A stretch of 64,000 nt of DNA from a virus (taxonomy: Duplodnaviria > Caudoviricetes): positions 32,001-96,000 of the IMG/VR virus record IMGVR_UViG_3300048762_000252. The stretch is one strand, 5' to 3'. The notes below the pieces were generated by a model. It was not told where the DNA came from. It did not search any database and saw nothing but the letters and a program-made list of their open reading frames with translations. The stretch's first letter is position 1, and every line of letters starts with the position of its first letter. Positions 25,993-35,802 of the stretch are shown piece after piece. The position numbers were made by a program, and so were the translations under genes.

Positions 25993-26402
25993 ATGATTTG
26001 TAACACATGCAAAAAGCCACTTGTTGGGCATCAAACAAAATACTGTTCAGTACGATGCAAAACACCGATACCAATCAAAAACACAATAATTATCAAGCGC
26101 AGAAGAAGCGTGCTCTCCTTAGAAAAATTGAATTTGTTCGTATGCTAGGAGGCAAGTGCGCCGTTTGTGGATATCAAAAAAATTTAGCAGCACTCACTTT
26201 TCACCACAATGATCCAAATCTCAAAGAGTTTGAATTTGATCGAAGAGTACTGTCAAATTTTAATTCTGAACGACTGTTATTAGAGATCCAAAAATGCACG
26301 TTACTTTGTTCTAATTGTCATGCTGAACATCACAATTCAGATAAAGAATTTTGGTGGGTCTCTTCCACGTCGTCTCGCACAAAAACATCTGTACGCTTGT
26401 AG
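25993..26402 (+). pseudogene. frameshifted HNH endonuclease of the tRNA-associated family
   Basis: MICNTCKK...KYCSVRCK from ATG 25993 is out of frame with the HNH domain; one A missing at 26059-26062. Confidence 0.7.
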
Positions 26403-26563
26403 ACGGCATGAATGATCTTTGGTCTTTTTGCCAAGTCGCCATCATAAGGGCATTCATAATCGCACAGGCCGTTCTCGATTACATAACCACATTCACCACA
26501 TACATCAACTACGAATTCTCGTTCTGTAACTTGTCCTGGAGTTGGTCTCGGTATCGGTATCAT
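26330..26563 (-). CDS. small Cys-rich hypothetical protein
   Basis: CGECG...CDYECP; coupled to upstream ORF. Confidence 0.5.
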   Translation of the reverse strand: MIPIPRPTPGQVTEREFVVDVCGECGYVIENGLCDYECPYDGDLAKRPKIIHAVYKRTDVFVRDDVEETHQNSLSEL

Positions 26564-26958
26564 AGTTTCACCAATTCTTTATTATACTCCACGCACCCGG
26601 CGCAAAGCAACATCAAGCTGTAAGTCCGGGCTTTACCGCTCTTTTTGATTTCTGTGAGCGTTACCGGCTCTTTTTCTCCGCACAGTTCACAAGGTTCAAC
26701 TTCTTCTAAAATCAACCGTGGGCAAAGCTCATGAAATTGTGCTGTGCATTTTGTGACGTAGCCCATAACACTAAGAATTATTTGTCGTGGCGCTGGTGGA
26801 ACGAACGCCACGATACGATAATCTTCTGGTACCAAAAGCTCTTCGAGAGGCATTCGGTACATGTCCCAAACTGTGATGCCGTTATAGTTCATTGCTGGTA
26901 ATTTCATCCAGCATAATAGCATACAATTCGGTTTTTGACAAATCCTGGTACTTGTCAC
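26560..26958 (-). CDS. hypothetical protein
   Basis: ORF with CELC...CAGC. Confidence 0.5.
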   Translation of the reverse strand: MTSTRICQKPNCMLLCWMKLPAMNYNGITVWDMYRMPLEELLVPEDYRIVAFVPPAPRQIILSVMGYVTKCTAQFHELCPRLILEEVEPCELCGEKEPVTLTEIKKSGKARTYSLMLLCAGCVEYNKELVKL

Positions 26959-27466
26959 GCCGTTTTTTGTTTCCGTACAACACCGAGATGATTCGATTAG
27001 AAATCCGATCCGCCAAATTCTTTTCCGCTTCCGTTGCTTCTCTCATAATTTTTTACCATTTAAGTTCTTAGCTACCCGCTGCACAAGTTTTCGATCTTCG
27101 TTCGTTCTTTTTCGAAATGCTACGTTCGTCCAATATTTTGGATAAAACCAAATCCACCAACTGAGTTTGTCTTTTGCTCTATGATAAAAACATGTTGTCT
27201 TGGGTGTACATCGACACGGATATAGGAAGAACCCAATGCGGAGTTTCCAATCGTAATACCCTCTTAACAATCGTTTCCTATCTTGTTTCATAAATCAATT
27301 AGATGAAAAGCAATCATACAAGGGCCAACAGCGATTCCCCAAATACGGATACGCCGTCCGTTGACATTGCTACAGTAGGAATTTCTAGTTCCTCTGTAAA
27401 ACTTTGGTCTGTGTGAAAGAATGGTCTTTATGTATCTCCACATTCAAAGTCTCCAAGCGCCGCTTT

Positions 27467-27829
27467 TCAATCATTCATACGAAAAATCATTTCTGAAATC
27501 AAGAAAATCAAAAATGCAAGTTGTTTGGCATCATTTGGTGTTGAAGTCTCCCGCATCATGCGCTCTTTATACTCAAATATTTGTTTATATTGATCACGCA
27601 CGGCATTTACCTTTGCCACACTTTCAACGTCCTGGCTTTCAACCACTGTTGATGCTTCGCTCGATTTGAATTGTTCGATGTTATCGAGACAAAAGCGAAC
27701 TGCTCGTCTGATGAACTCCGATCTATTTAATTCCGGGAGTTGTTCTTTGATTACTTGATCCATCGCCGCAGTTAGCGTGGATGAAAGCCTCAATAATATC
27801 TTATCGTCTTGTATTTTTTGTCCAGCCAT
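27467..27829 (-). CDS. ribbon-helix-helix (CopG-like) DNA-binding protein
   Basis: ILLRLS..L..AMD.......LNRSEFIRRAV; GAGGT SD. Confidence 0.7.
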   Translation of the reverse strand: MAGQKIQDDKILLRLSSTLTAAMDQVIKEQLPELNRSEFIRRAVRFCLDNIEQFKSSEASTVVESQDVESVAKVNAVRDQYKQIFEYKERMMRETSTPNDAKQLAFLIFLISEMIFRMND

Positions 27830-28155
27830 AATACCTCTAGTTGTTTAATCTAGTGGTATATATCACGGCTATTTTCCGATATGTCTATGAAAACCTTCCA
27901 TCATCACGACAAAGAGACAACCGGCTAATAATCCTGCAATAAGTGATTTGATTAGCTCCATTTTATCCTGCGTCATACATTCTGATGTAAGTGCCGCAAT
28001 CGGCGCAATGCACATCACCGTCTCGCCACATTTCATCATAGTTTCTCACTTCATAATTCCTGCTGCCACACTTCGGGCAAGCTTTGTAATCGTTCACTGC
28101 ATGTCCAATCGAACCGTCGTCTTTCATCTAATTGTCTCCGTGCATAAATATCTTT

Positions 28156-28542
28156 ATGAACTGCATCATGTGTCAATGCTCATTTGACTTTAAAAAAGAC
28201 AAAAAATTTTGTTCTCTTAAATGTAAGAATAAGTTTCATGGAAACTCTGAATTTCAAATTCAACGTGGACTGAAAAGAAAAATCAAATACATTAACGAAC
28301 GAGGCGGCGGATGTCAAAAATGTGGATATAATAGAAATTATGCAGCATTATGTTTTCATCACCGAGATCCTACATTAAAAATATTTGAAGTTGAATTGAA
28401 TAAAATTTCATGCCTTTCTCAAGAAAGAGTTAACGCCGAAGTCCAAAAATGTGATATTCTTTGCCATAATTGTCATATAGAAACACATTTTCCAAAGTAT
28501 ATGGTACCCGGCCATGGAATCGAACCATGTTCTAGTCGATAA
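28156..28542 (+). CDS. tRNA-associated HNH endonuclease (antisense)
   Basis: GGGCQKCGYNRNYAALCFHHRDP..K.F...EVQKCDILCHNCH.E.H; TAAATA-N5-ATG. Confidence 0.88.
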   Translation: MNCIMCQCSFDFKKDKKFCSLKCKNKFHGNSEFQIQRGLKRKIKYINERGGGCQKCGYNRNYAALCFHHRDPTLKIFEVELNKISCLSQERVNAEVQKCDILCHNCHIETHFPKYMVPGHGIEPCSSR

Positions 28543-28593
28543 TCTGTCGAGACCGCTTATAGGGCGGCTTGAGAAACCATCCTCCCACCGGGC
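28502..28593 (-). tRNA. tRNA with TAT anticodon (Ile AUA) and long variable arm
   Basis: GCCCGGT/GCCGGGT-ACCA; GCCGC-CCTATAA-GCGGT; TCGA..TCGA variable stem; CATGG-TTCGATT-CCATG. Confidence 0.8.
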
Positions 28594-28598
28594 ACAAG

Positions 28599-28829
28599 TT
28601 ATTCACCGATGGTCAGTGATATGAGATGTTGCCGTCGTTCACGTTTGATGAGCGGCAGGATGCTGTACGAAAACAAGGCGCTGGCGAAGTTGGTAATGGC
28701 AGAGATGCCACCGACCATAACGCCAAACAGATCGTTAGTGAGGAAGGCCCACGCAAACAAAGCTACGCAAATAACGCCCAGGAAGGCGTTAAAGCGGTAG
28801 TCGAATTGTGGAAGCCGGTTCATATTCAT
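28599..28829 (-). CDS. small membrane protein (2 TM)
   Basis: two hydrophobic stretches; sigma70-type promoter at 28831-28859. Confidence 0.55.
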   Translation of the reverse strand: MNMNRLPQFDYRFNAFLGVICVALFAWAFLTNDLFGVMVGGISAITNFASALFSYSILPLIKRERRQHLISLTIGE

Positions 28830-29040
28830 TAGTGTACCATAAGATATTTAGTTCGTCAATATGTTCCGTCCAGCATCGATGGATCGTAACTGCCATCTGG
28901 TTCTTGCTCGATTGACAATCCTTTTTCTTTGTATTCTTGGATACGGCGTTGATACTCCGCTTTATGCTGTTCGTATTCTTCTTCGTTTTTTGCGTTTAAT
29001 GCGGCCAAATATGGCGTGCCGATATAAGTTCCCATCAATC

Positions 29041-29631
29041 TCATTTTGATTCTACCGGACAGCCAAGACAATATACTTTGGACGGCGTACTTAGCTTTAC
29101 ATTTAGTTCTTGTCGCAATCGCATAAGTAATTTACCAAGCATATTTTGTCCTGGTTTATTCTTACATCCTTGACATTTACAATCTCCATAAAAATTGTCG
29201 TGCCAAGAGTTAGATTCAATTAACATTGCATCGCCGGTATCGAGAAGCTTCTGTAATATGCCCCAATTCTGCGTAAATTTCGCTTTCAGGATATCGTACA
29301 TAATGTCCAGTTTGGTTTCTTCCCAATCTGGACGCAGTGTGACGCAGGACCCGGCTGTTTTGGCTTGTCCTGGAGTGGTAGGCATCTCACCGCCAGTTTC
29401 AAATACATACACCAGAACAGTTTTTTGTTCTACTGGATCGTCCGTTTTGGCCCATTGATAAGCGTGCTCCGATGTGGAGAATTTTTTGTTTCTCCATGTA
29501 AGAGGACTGATGTAGAAATTGCTTAGAAAGTCGTATTCATTTCGGAACGCATCAATAAAGACCTCTCCGAAGGAATTAGTGTGTTCGACAGGAAGGCTTG
29601 TCTGAAGATGTGGTTGCGGCTGCTGTTGCAT
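29041..29631 (-). CDS. NADAR (YbiA-like) family protein
   Basis: LSNFY, SEHAYQ.AK, R.DWE..K..IM...L.AKF.Q, L..TG...LIE....D.F.G, G.N.LG.LLM.LR. Confidence 0.93.
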   Translation of the reverse strand: MQQQPQPHLQTSLPVEHTNSFGEVFIDAFRNEYDFLSNFYISPLTWRNKKFSTSEHAYQWAKTDDPVEQKTVLVYVFETGGEMPTTPGQAKTAGSCVTLRPDWEETKLDIMYDILKAKFTQNWGILQKLLDTGDAMLIESNSWHDNFYGDCKCQGCKNKPGQNMLGKLLMRLRQELNVKLSTPSKVYCLGCPVESK

Positions 29632-29688
29632 GAAGTAAGTATACCATGTGTTTTTATTTCGTCAATACATCGCTTTTTGCAAGATTTT

Positions 29689-30543
29689 TCAGGCTTTTTG
29701 CTCGCCGCTTTTCCAACTGCGCCAACATGATACGCAATTGGGAATAAAGACTTTCGACATGCGAAGGCGAGTCTCTTCAAGCTCTTCAAATTTCCACGAC
29801 AAAAAACCCATTGGCCAAGCTCCAAAATTACAATATGTAACTGCCCCGTTTTCGAGTACAGTCATTGATTGGTTGCTTTGGTGTGCATGACAATATGCGC
29901 CAAACATGCGGAGCATATCATCTCCAAGTTCGTTGTTGTAAGCACGTCCAACCGGAGCCACGGCCCGTTCTTCCTCTTTCGGATCTTTGGTCGCAGTGAA
30001 CCCCCAATCCTCTTTGAAACCTGGATTCTGTGATTCAAGCCATGCAAAGGCACGATCACCAACACCAGCCGGATGAAAACGATCTCGACTGATGCCAATG
30101 TAAATCGGAGGTCCAGACGAAGAGAGTTTACGAACTGTTGCCAAAAATTTCTGTCTTGGTTGCTCAAGAGTCACCCACCAGCCATTCGTTACGATACGAA
30201 GAGGAACAAAGTGCATCGCTTCGAGCAAATCGGGGTAGTTTGGAATAGTGGTTATCTCGCCGCCCATTACATTAAGCCAACTGACATGACCTTCAAAACA
30301 AGTGCGAACCTGTCTGGCAATTTCTACGGTCATTCGTTCATGCCGTTTTGGTCCGCATTCAAAACAACAATGGGCGCATTGATAGGGGCACTTAGTTGTC
30401 AGCCGTACCGTAATTACACGTCCCTTTGGCGGTGCGGTCAATTCAGACGACATAACCGGCTCGATGTCCTTTCCATAAACGGCTTTGTACCGGGCGACAA
30501 CTTCTTTCCAATCTTCCGGTGTAGCGCAACGAGTGCTTGCCAT
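29689..30543 (-). CDS. radical SAM protein
   Basis: LTTKCPYQCAHC (CxxxCxxC), MGGE, TNG. Confidence 0.9.
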   Translation of the reverse strand: MASTRCATPEDWKEVVARYKAVYGKDIEPVMSSELTAPPKGRVITVRLTTKCPYQCAHCCFECGPKRHERMTVEIARQVRTCFEGHVSWLNVMGGEITTIPNYPDLLEAMHFVPLRIVTNGWWVTLEQPRQKFLATVRKLSSSGPPIYIGISRDRFHPAGVGDRAFAWLESQNPGFKEDWGFTATKDPKEEERAVAPVGRAYNNELGDDMLRMFGAYCHAHQSNQSMTVLENGAVTYCNFGAWPMGFLSWKFEELEETRLRMSKVFIPNCVSCWRSWKSGEQKA

Positions 30544-31032
30544 GATGATCTCGACATCATTGATGTCAACCAGACCAGATTATCGCTCACACAAAACGAC
30601 ACGCTAAGGCCGATGCGATATGGATTTATTGTCTGCTTTAAAAATACCGGTTATTCTGCCGCCAGTTGTTGTAGTAGGCAACTCGATTCAATAAAGTTGC
30701 CATGTTGTCAGAAATAGCCCAAATAATTACAACCACATCCCGGCCAAGCCAAATCTGCCAATGATCTTTTTCGTTGACCTTAATGACTCGAATGCGGATA
30801 GCCCGTTGCTTTTCACGAAAAAGAGCTTTCTTCGTCATTTCTAGATTTTCATCGTTTGTAGACATTATTCAGTTCCTTCGACTTCCCGATCAAATTTATT
30901 CAGACAGTCGTTAGCGTCAGCGCCATGCTCTTCAAACAACTCATGGACGCTATCGCCCATTTCACAAAAAAGAAGCGCTCTGAGAGCTTTGATTTCACCT
31001 GGAGTCAAATTGAGTTCGTTTGCCATGATTTA

Positions 31033-31155
31033 TTATTGCATAGATGCATCTGCTTTGTCAATAGATGCTTCTAAATAATTTGCAGCCGCCCGAAGAAGAG
31101 TTGGATTGTCCTCAAATTTGCCAATAGAAAGATTGCAACGGTCGCAGAGCAAACC
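31033..31155 (-). pseudogene. C-terminal remnant of an Endo VII-family endonuclease
   Basis: GLLCDRCNLSIGKFEDNPTLLRAAANYLE with no start; matches ends of 2523-2954 and 46505-46930. Confidence 0.8.
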
Positions 31156-31156
31156 A

Positions 31157-31636
31157 CTAAATCCTTGATAAGCAATCACTTCCGTAGCCCGATAAAATCG
31201 ATTCTGGAACAGTCAACATTCGTCCGCAGCGTCCGCACTTACCAGCGTGCCAAACTTCCATTCTCGGTGTGTCCAGGCCAGCGTTGATGTGAGTAAAGGC
31301 CCAATTAAAACCAGCCACCGGAGCGGAATCCATCGTCAATTTCGATGCACGGGTGGTGAAAAATGTGAAACCGCTTGTGGTAGCCTTGATCTGGCCGATG
31401 TAGCTGTAATTCACCCAATTGTCAGGGCCGGTCAGATAGCTTACCATCCAAGACTCGCCGTATTTCTCGCTGGCGGGTTTGTGGGTCACTTTGAAAGTAT
31501 ACCGAGTGCCGCTTTTCAATGAGACCAGCGTGAAGATTGCCTTGCCAGCCAGCATGAAATTCTTGGCAGCGGCAGGAGATGCCAGCTTTGCAGCGGCGTG
31601 TACGGTGGCTTCGTTGCTTTCGATGTCGTTAAGCAT
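31157..31636 (-). CDS. conserved phage protein with C-terminal Zn finger (DUF6011-like)
   Basis: FTL.S..SG.RYT.KV...WH.GKCGRCGR.LT.PESI..G.G..C. Confidence 0.7.
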   Translation of the reverse strand: MLNDIESNEATVHAAAKLASPAAAKNFMLAGKAIFTLVSLKSGTRYTFKVTHKPASEKYGESWMVSYLTGPDNWVNYSYIGQIKATTSGFTFFTTRASKLTMDSAPVAGFNWAFTHINAGLDTPRMEVWHAGKCGRCGRMLTVPESILSGYGSDCLSRI

Positions 31637-31703
31637 GATCCAAGAATAGCACAAAGACATCGAAAACGCAATAGATACACCTAAAAATTATGGTCCTTTA
31701 GAA

Positions 31704-32102
31704 TCAATAATTTGGATGGTTGCCATGTGAGTGCCCGGTTTCGGCAATATAGTCGGCTTCTTGAGACTCCATAAAAGCCATGTCATTGCTCTTCAGAAGC
31801 TCACCAGTCAATTCCTGGGTGGCATAGGCTACGATGCCTTCACCGTCCGCTTCAAGGGCGTAGGCAGCTTCTAATGCGAAATATAGAGGTTTGGTAAAGG
31901 TGACCGGCGCAAGCCATTCTGTAGCACCATTGTCGCCAGGAACTTCTTTCCAGCCAAGATGGAGTAAAAAGGTCTTCTTTGCAATGAATACCAAAAGGTT
32001 CAAGGCATCAATTTCGTAATCGTTAATGGGCATCAATTTGGATGAATCATTTACATCCAAGATAATGGTTTCTACTAATTCGATTGCGTCAGGCATTGTC
32101 AT
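31704..32102 (-). CDS. hypothetical protein
   Basis: co-oriented ORF with SD. Confidence 0.5.
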   Translation of the reverse strand: MTMPDAIELVETIILDVNDSSKLMPINDYEIDALNLLVFIAKKTFLLHLGWKEVPGDNGATEWLAPVTFTKPLYFALEAAYALEADGEGIVAYATQELTGELLKSNDMAFMESQEADYIAETGHSHGNHPNY

Positions 32103-32112
32103 TTTGTAACCC

Positions 32113-32499
32113 TCAGATTAGGTGATTCGCCCAAATAAAGTGGCGAATATACTCCAGTGTTTCGTCAATGTTGAGAACTAAAATCTTGCTAATAGGTGGG
32201 TCTCTGAGTTCTGAAAGTTCTTTCACTACCCAATCTTTCCCAAATGCTGGATTGGCGGTATCTGTTGCGACACCAATAACACAGTCCAACGCATCGAAGA
32301 ATGTGACTTCAACTTTGTGTGTTGCATTAAAGCCATTCTCCCAAATAATACTAAGGGCAAATTGTGTATCTTTGATCCGGCTGGCTTCGAGTTTGTGTTC
32401 TTCCATGTGTTGAAGAAAAGTTATCAGCCCTTTGGCGTGTTTTTTAAGGGCAAACATTTCTTGCACATACATTTCGATCAATTTAGATGGCGGGAACAT
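32113..32499 (-). CDS. hypothetical protein
   Basis: co-oriented ORF. Confidence 0.5.
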   Translation of the reverse strand: MFPPSKLIEMYVQEMFALKKHAKGLITFLQHMEEHKLEASRIKDTQFALSIIWENGFNATHKVEVTFFDALDCVIGVATDTANPAFGKDWVVKELSELRDPPISKILVLNIDETLEYIRHFIWANHLI

Positions 32500-32839
32500 T
32501 TCACATCCAAAATTCTGTGTCCGGTATTTCCTGTTTACCAGTGGTAGGATTGATACGTACCACAACAGCATCACACTTGGCACATGTGCCTATCGTGACG
32601 CCATCGCCACGGGACATGTATACAGAGACGCCGCAGCACGGCGATTCTTTCACTGGCTCTTCTGATTCGGTCCAACCAACCTTTGCCCATGGACTAACTT
32701 TTTTCATCATTTTCCTCTAATTGATTTAGATATTCTAGAGCGTATTTCGTCGTTGTGGTTTTTTCCGCAATTTGCTATCTTTGCCAGTATTTCCGGGCGC
32801 AGGCATAAGAGCCAATTTAACATTGATTCAAAATTCATA

Positions 32840-33265
32840 TTAAATGGTGGTATCCACAATTTCTTCACCTTCCAAATCTTGAAAACGATCTTGCATCTGC
32901 TGAACCTTTTCGGTTGGAACGCCATGCAAATTCCTTGCAGCAGCAATCTTCGGATCAACTACGAGACGAATCACCTTCACATCATAGCCATACTTAGCAG
33001 CGAGATCCAGGTAGCCTTTGAATTCCCACAACTTTGTGTTGGTGTTATCGAGTACCACAGTGTTTTCGTTTCGTTGAAGGGCGGCTTCAAATTGATGAAA
33101 GCACCAAGAATGAGCGTTGCCCAATTGCTTCGGATCAAAGGTGTAAACGCCGTCCTTAATGAAGTAGTTATCGGCGCTGCATACAAAAGCATTTGGAAAA
33201 TGTTTTTGAACATATGTCGTTTTGCCACCGCCGCTAATTGACCTCATGATAATTACAGTTCTCAT
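32840..33265 (-). CDS. P-loop polynucleotide-kinase-like protein (AAA_33/N4BP2-like)
   Basis: IMRSISGGGKTT, SADNYF, AH.WC, VLDNTN..WE...Y, RN.HGVP. Confidence 0.88.
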   Translation of the reverse strand: MRTVIIMRSISGGGKTTYVQKHFPNAFVCSADNYFIKDGVYTFDPKQLGNAHSWCFHQFEAALQRNENTVVLDNTNTKLWEFKGYLDLAAKYGYDVKVIRLVVDPKIAAARNLHGVPTEKVQQMQDRFQDLEGEEIVDTTI

Positions 33266-33289
33266 ACAAAACCAGTATACCACGTACAT

Positions 33290-33901
33290 CTATTTCTTGT
33301 CAAGGGTTGGAACCCGTTGAATTTTTCCAAATTCGTATTGAAGATTCACGGTAGTGCAAGGCTCCAAATTGAACACGATTCCTATGTTCTTTCCGCCCCA
33401 AAAGTCGCTATTTTCTCGGATGTGGGCAAGCTCCAAATCTCCATCGTATAAAAATAACGAGATGCTGTTTTCGTCTTCGTCTGCTCTAAAAATCTTACCA
33501 CATTGTTTACGAAGCATGGTTTCACAACTTCGGACGATAATGGGAAAATAACGAGCGCCAGTCGTTTTCGAAAACAGAATTTGGTATTCAAGACTGTAAA
33601 TTTCTTGGGATCGTTCAATTTCAAATACTTTTCCGTGTTGCCAGATCACCAACGGCAAGCGATATTTTGGTCCGGTCTTAGATTCCAAAAACTCACGGGC
33701 GGCGTCGAATGCTGCCGGTGCCATGTTTTGACGTGGAATTAGATTTGGTCGAAGTGATGCGCTTTTTCGTATCGACAAAACTGGAGTTTCGATTTGGATG
33801 AACCTAAAGGCAGGGTTCACCTTATTCATCTCAAGACCTAAATACCGAGTGAAATATCGAATCAGCGTTTCCCGAGTTTCTATTTCGTTATTACTATACA
33901 T
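33290..33901 (-). CDS. degenerate class II aminoacyl-tRNA synthetase-like (GlyRS-like) protein
   Basis: QIETPVL, LRP, LPLVIWQHGKVF, LEYQ; the motif-2 Arg is not evident. Confidence 0.5.
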   Translation of the reverse strand: MYSNNEIETRETLIRYFTRYLGLEMNKVNPAFRFIQIETPVLSIRKSASLRPNLIPRQNMAPAAFDAAREFLESKTGPKYRLPLVIWQHGKVFEIERSQEIYSLEYQILFSKTTGARYFPIIVRSCETMLRKQCGKIFRADEDENSISLFLYDGDLELAHIRENSDFWGGKNIGIVFNLEPCTTVNLQYEFGKIQRVPTLDKK

Positions 33902-34349
33902 TTAGGGACCGTAATAAACAAGCAAAAATTGAGCGCAAGCGCAATGCTTATACCAAGCGCAATGACGAGCGCCCATTGCTTTCTCGTCATCAAAAAATTG
34001 TTGTTCTTGGATTCATTCTCTTTTTTGCTACCCGCCACTGCGGACAGCGTTGTGAACTCAGTACCAAATTCCATGCGAATGTTCTCCTATACTCATTATA
34101 CCCAAAAACAGCAAAGCACCGACAACAATCACGGCAGAGAAGATTGTCAGCTTCACGATCAAAGAAGCCTTTTCCCAACGATACTTCCAAGATTTCCATC
34201 CAGTTACCGGACGGAAATAAACATTGATGCCTTCGATTTTTTCTACGACAAGAAGTTGTCCGTCGATTTCTGTAAATTGTCCAATGGAAATTTGGTCAGC
34301 ATCCAAAACGGCGGTAGATCCGAGATTTACTAATTGCTCCATTACAATA

Positions 34350-34535
34350 TCACCGATTTGCTGCCACTTTTTTACAATGACTTACAAAGACTTTTGATGA
34401 CATAGCTCTTTTCATGGAATTGCATGTCCAGCAACACGAGACACAATTTTTAATAGTGTACCCATCGTTATTATCAACTCTATCAATTCCATTACAATAA
34501 ATCATATTTTTTGCGTAATCCTCTGCCATAACCAT
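34350..34535 (-). pseudogene. HNH endonuclease C-terminal remnant
   Basis: NGIDRVDNNDGYTIKNCVSCCWTCNSMK only. Confidence 0.7.
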
Positions 34536-34536
34536 G

Positions 34537-35097
34537 CTACATAATAATATTTTTTGAATATATAACAGATTCGTATAATAACATTCCTTGTGTTATCGTG
34601 CGATAACTAGCGCCGGGATTCTCACGCATCCCTTTGTAAAACTCAGGGAGATTTTCTGGTATGTAGCCTCTTTTTACATCATTCAAATACGTTTGGTCAA
34701 CTGACATAGCATACATACCTTCTGTTTTGAAGTCACCAAAAAATTCATCGGCAATGTCTTTTGGCTGGCGATTTGGATTTTGAGAGAGAAGCCAACAGAA
34801 ACCGATCATTGGTGAACGGTGCTTTCCAGCAGAACAACACAGATACACAAGTGGATACTGCATCTCTAAGCACCAGAAGTCCAGAATTTTTTTCGTGGCA
34901 AAAAAAGGAAGATATCCCCAAGATTTTGAAATTTCGTTGATAGGAATCCATCGAAACAATGGATGCTGCATAAGGGACCAATCGAAATCGTCCGTTGTGG
35001 AAAGAATTGCAGTCGGGTTGTATTTTAGGGCATCCTTTTGTGGTCCAATTTGAATATTGAACTTTGGGATGCCCCGTGAGATGCGAATCAAACTCAT
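34537..35097 (-). CDS. dual-specificity/tyrosine phosphatase-like protein
   Basis: VYLCCSAGKHRS (CX5R). Confidence 0.75.
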   Translation of the reverse strand: MSLIRISRGIPKFNIQIGPQKDALKYNPTAILSTTDDFDWSLMQHPLFRWIPINEISKSWGYLPFFATKKILDFWCLEMQYPLVYLCCSAGKHRSPMIGFCWLLSQNPNRQPKDIADEFFGDFKTEGMYAMSVDQTYLNDVKRGYIPENLPEFYKGMRENPGASYRTITQGMLLYESVIYSKNIIM

Positions 35098-35301
35098 TAC
35101 AGCTTTTTTATCCCGGCACGAGTTAACTGGCCGATTTCGGCAGGTGACAGATCGTAGACGTAAGCAGTTTTGCCGTTCGTTCCACGAATCGTTAGGTTTG
35201 TTCCGACATATTCACCAGAACCACGAGCGTATTCACGAAACATCATCAAATCGGGTGTAGCAACAGCTTTACTTGTTTTCATGCTTTCAGTATAGCACGG
35301 A

Positions 35302-35802
35302 TTACGACGCTAATCCAAGGTTAGCTTTGCGCTTCAGGAATTCCAATTCCCATGGCGTGTATTTGCGTAGAAGAAGAACATCTTCAAAAACACCACCAAC
35401 ATAATCCATCCAGTTAGCGCTAGAATCAGCTTCGGCTTTCAGCATCGCTTTTCCAACGGACTGTGCAACTTCACCATACATTCGTTCCGGCAGAATAATG
35501 CCTACAGCAGTATTGGCGTAGTTGAGGCCGGGTTCCTGGAACATAGTGAACGGATATGTGGTCTGGCCGGTCATGAATTTGTATAGGTTGCCCAAAGCCA
35601 ACGAGTCGCCACCATTCAAAATAACCCAAGTTTTGTGGTTCTTCGAAAACTCCCGAAGCATGGCGAATTTGGCTTCTGCGCTTTTCGTTCGCTTGCCCTT
35701 CAGTTCGGTAAGGGTAGACCAAAGCTGATCTAAAGCGTGTCCCGCTTGAATTCCAGCCTGGATTCCTTTACAGTAAAAATTGGAGAACGCTATATATCTC
35801 AT
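35302..35802 (-). CDS. Pth2-like peptidyl-tRNA hydrolase
   Basis: GIQAGIQAGHA, HKT.VILNGG, F.EP.LN...TAVG. Confidence 0.65.
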   Translation of the reverse strand: MRYIAFSNFYCKGIQAGIQAGHALDQLWSTLTELKGKRTKSAEAKFAMLREFSKNHKTWVILNGGDSLALGNLYKFMTGQTTYPFTMFQEPGLNYANTAVGIILPERMYGEVAQSVGKAMLKAEADSSANWMDYVGGVFEDVLLLRKYTPWELEFLKRKANLGLAS

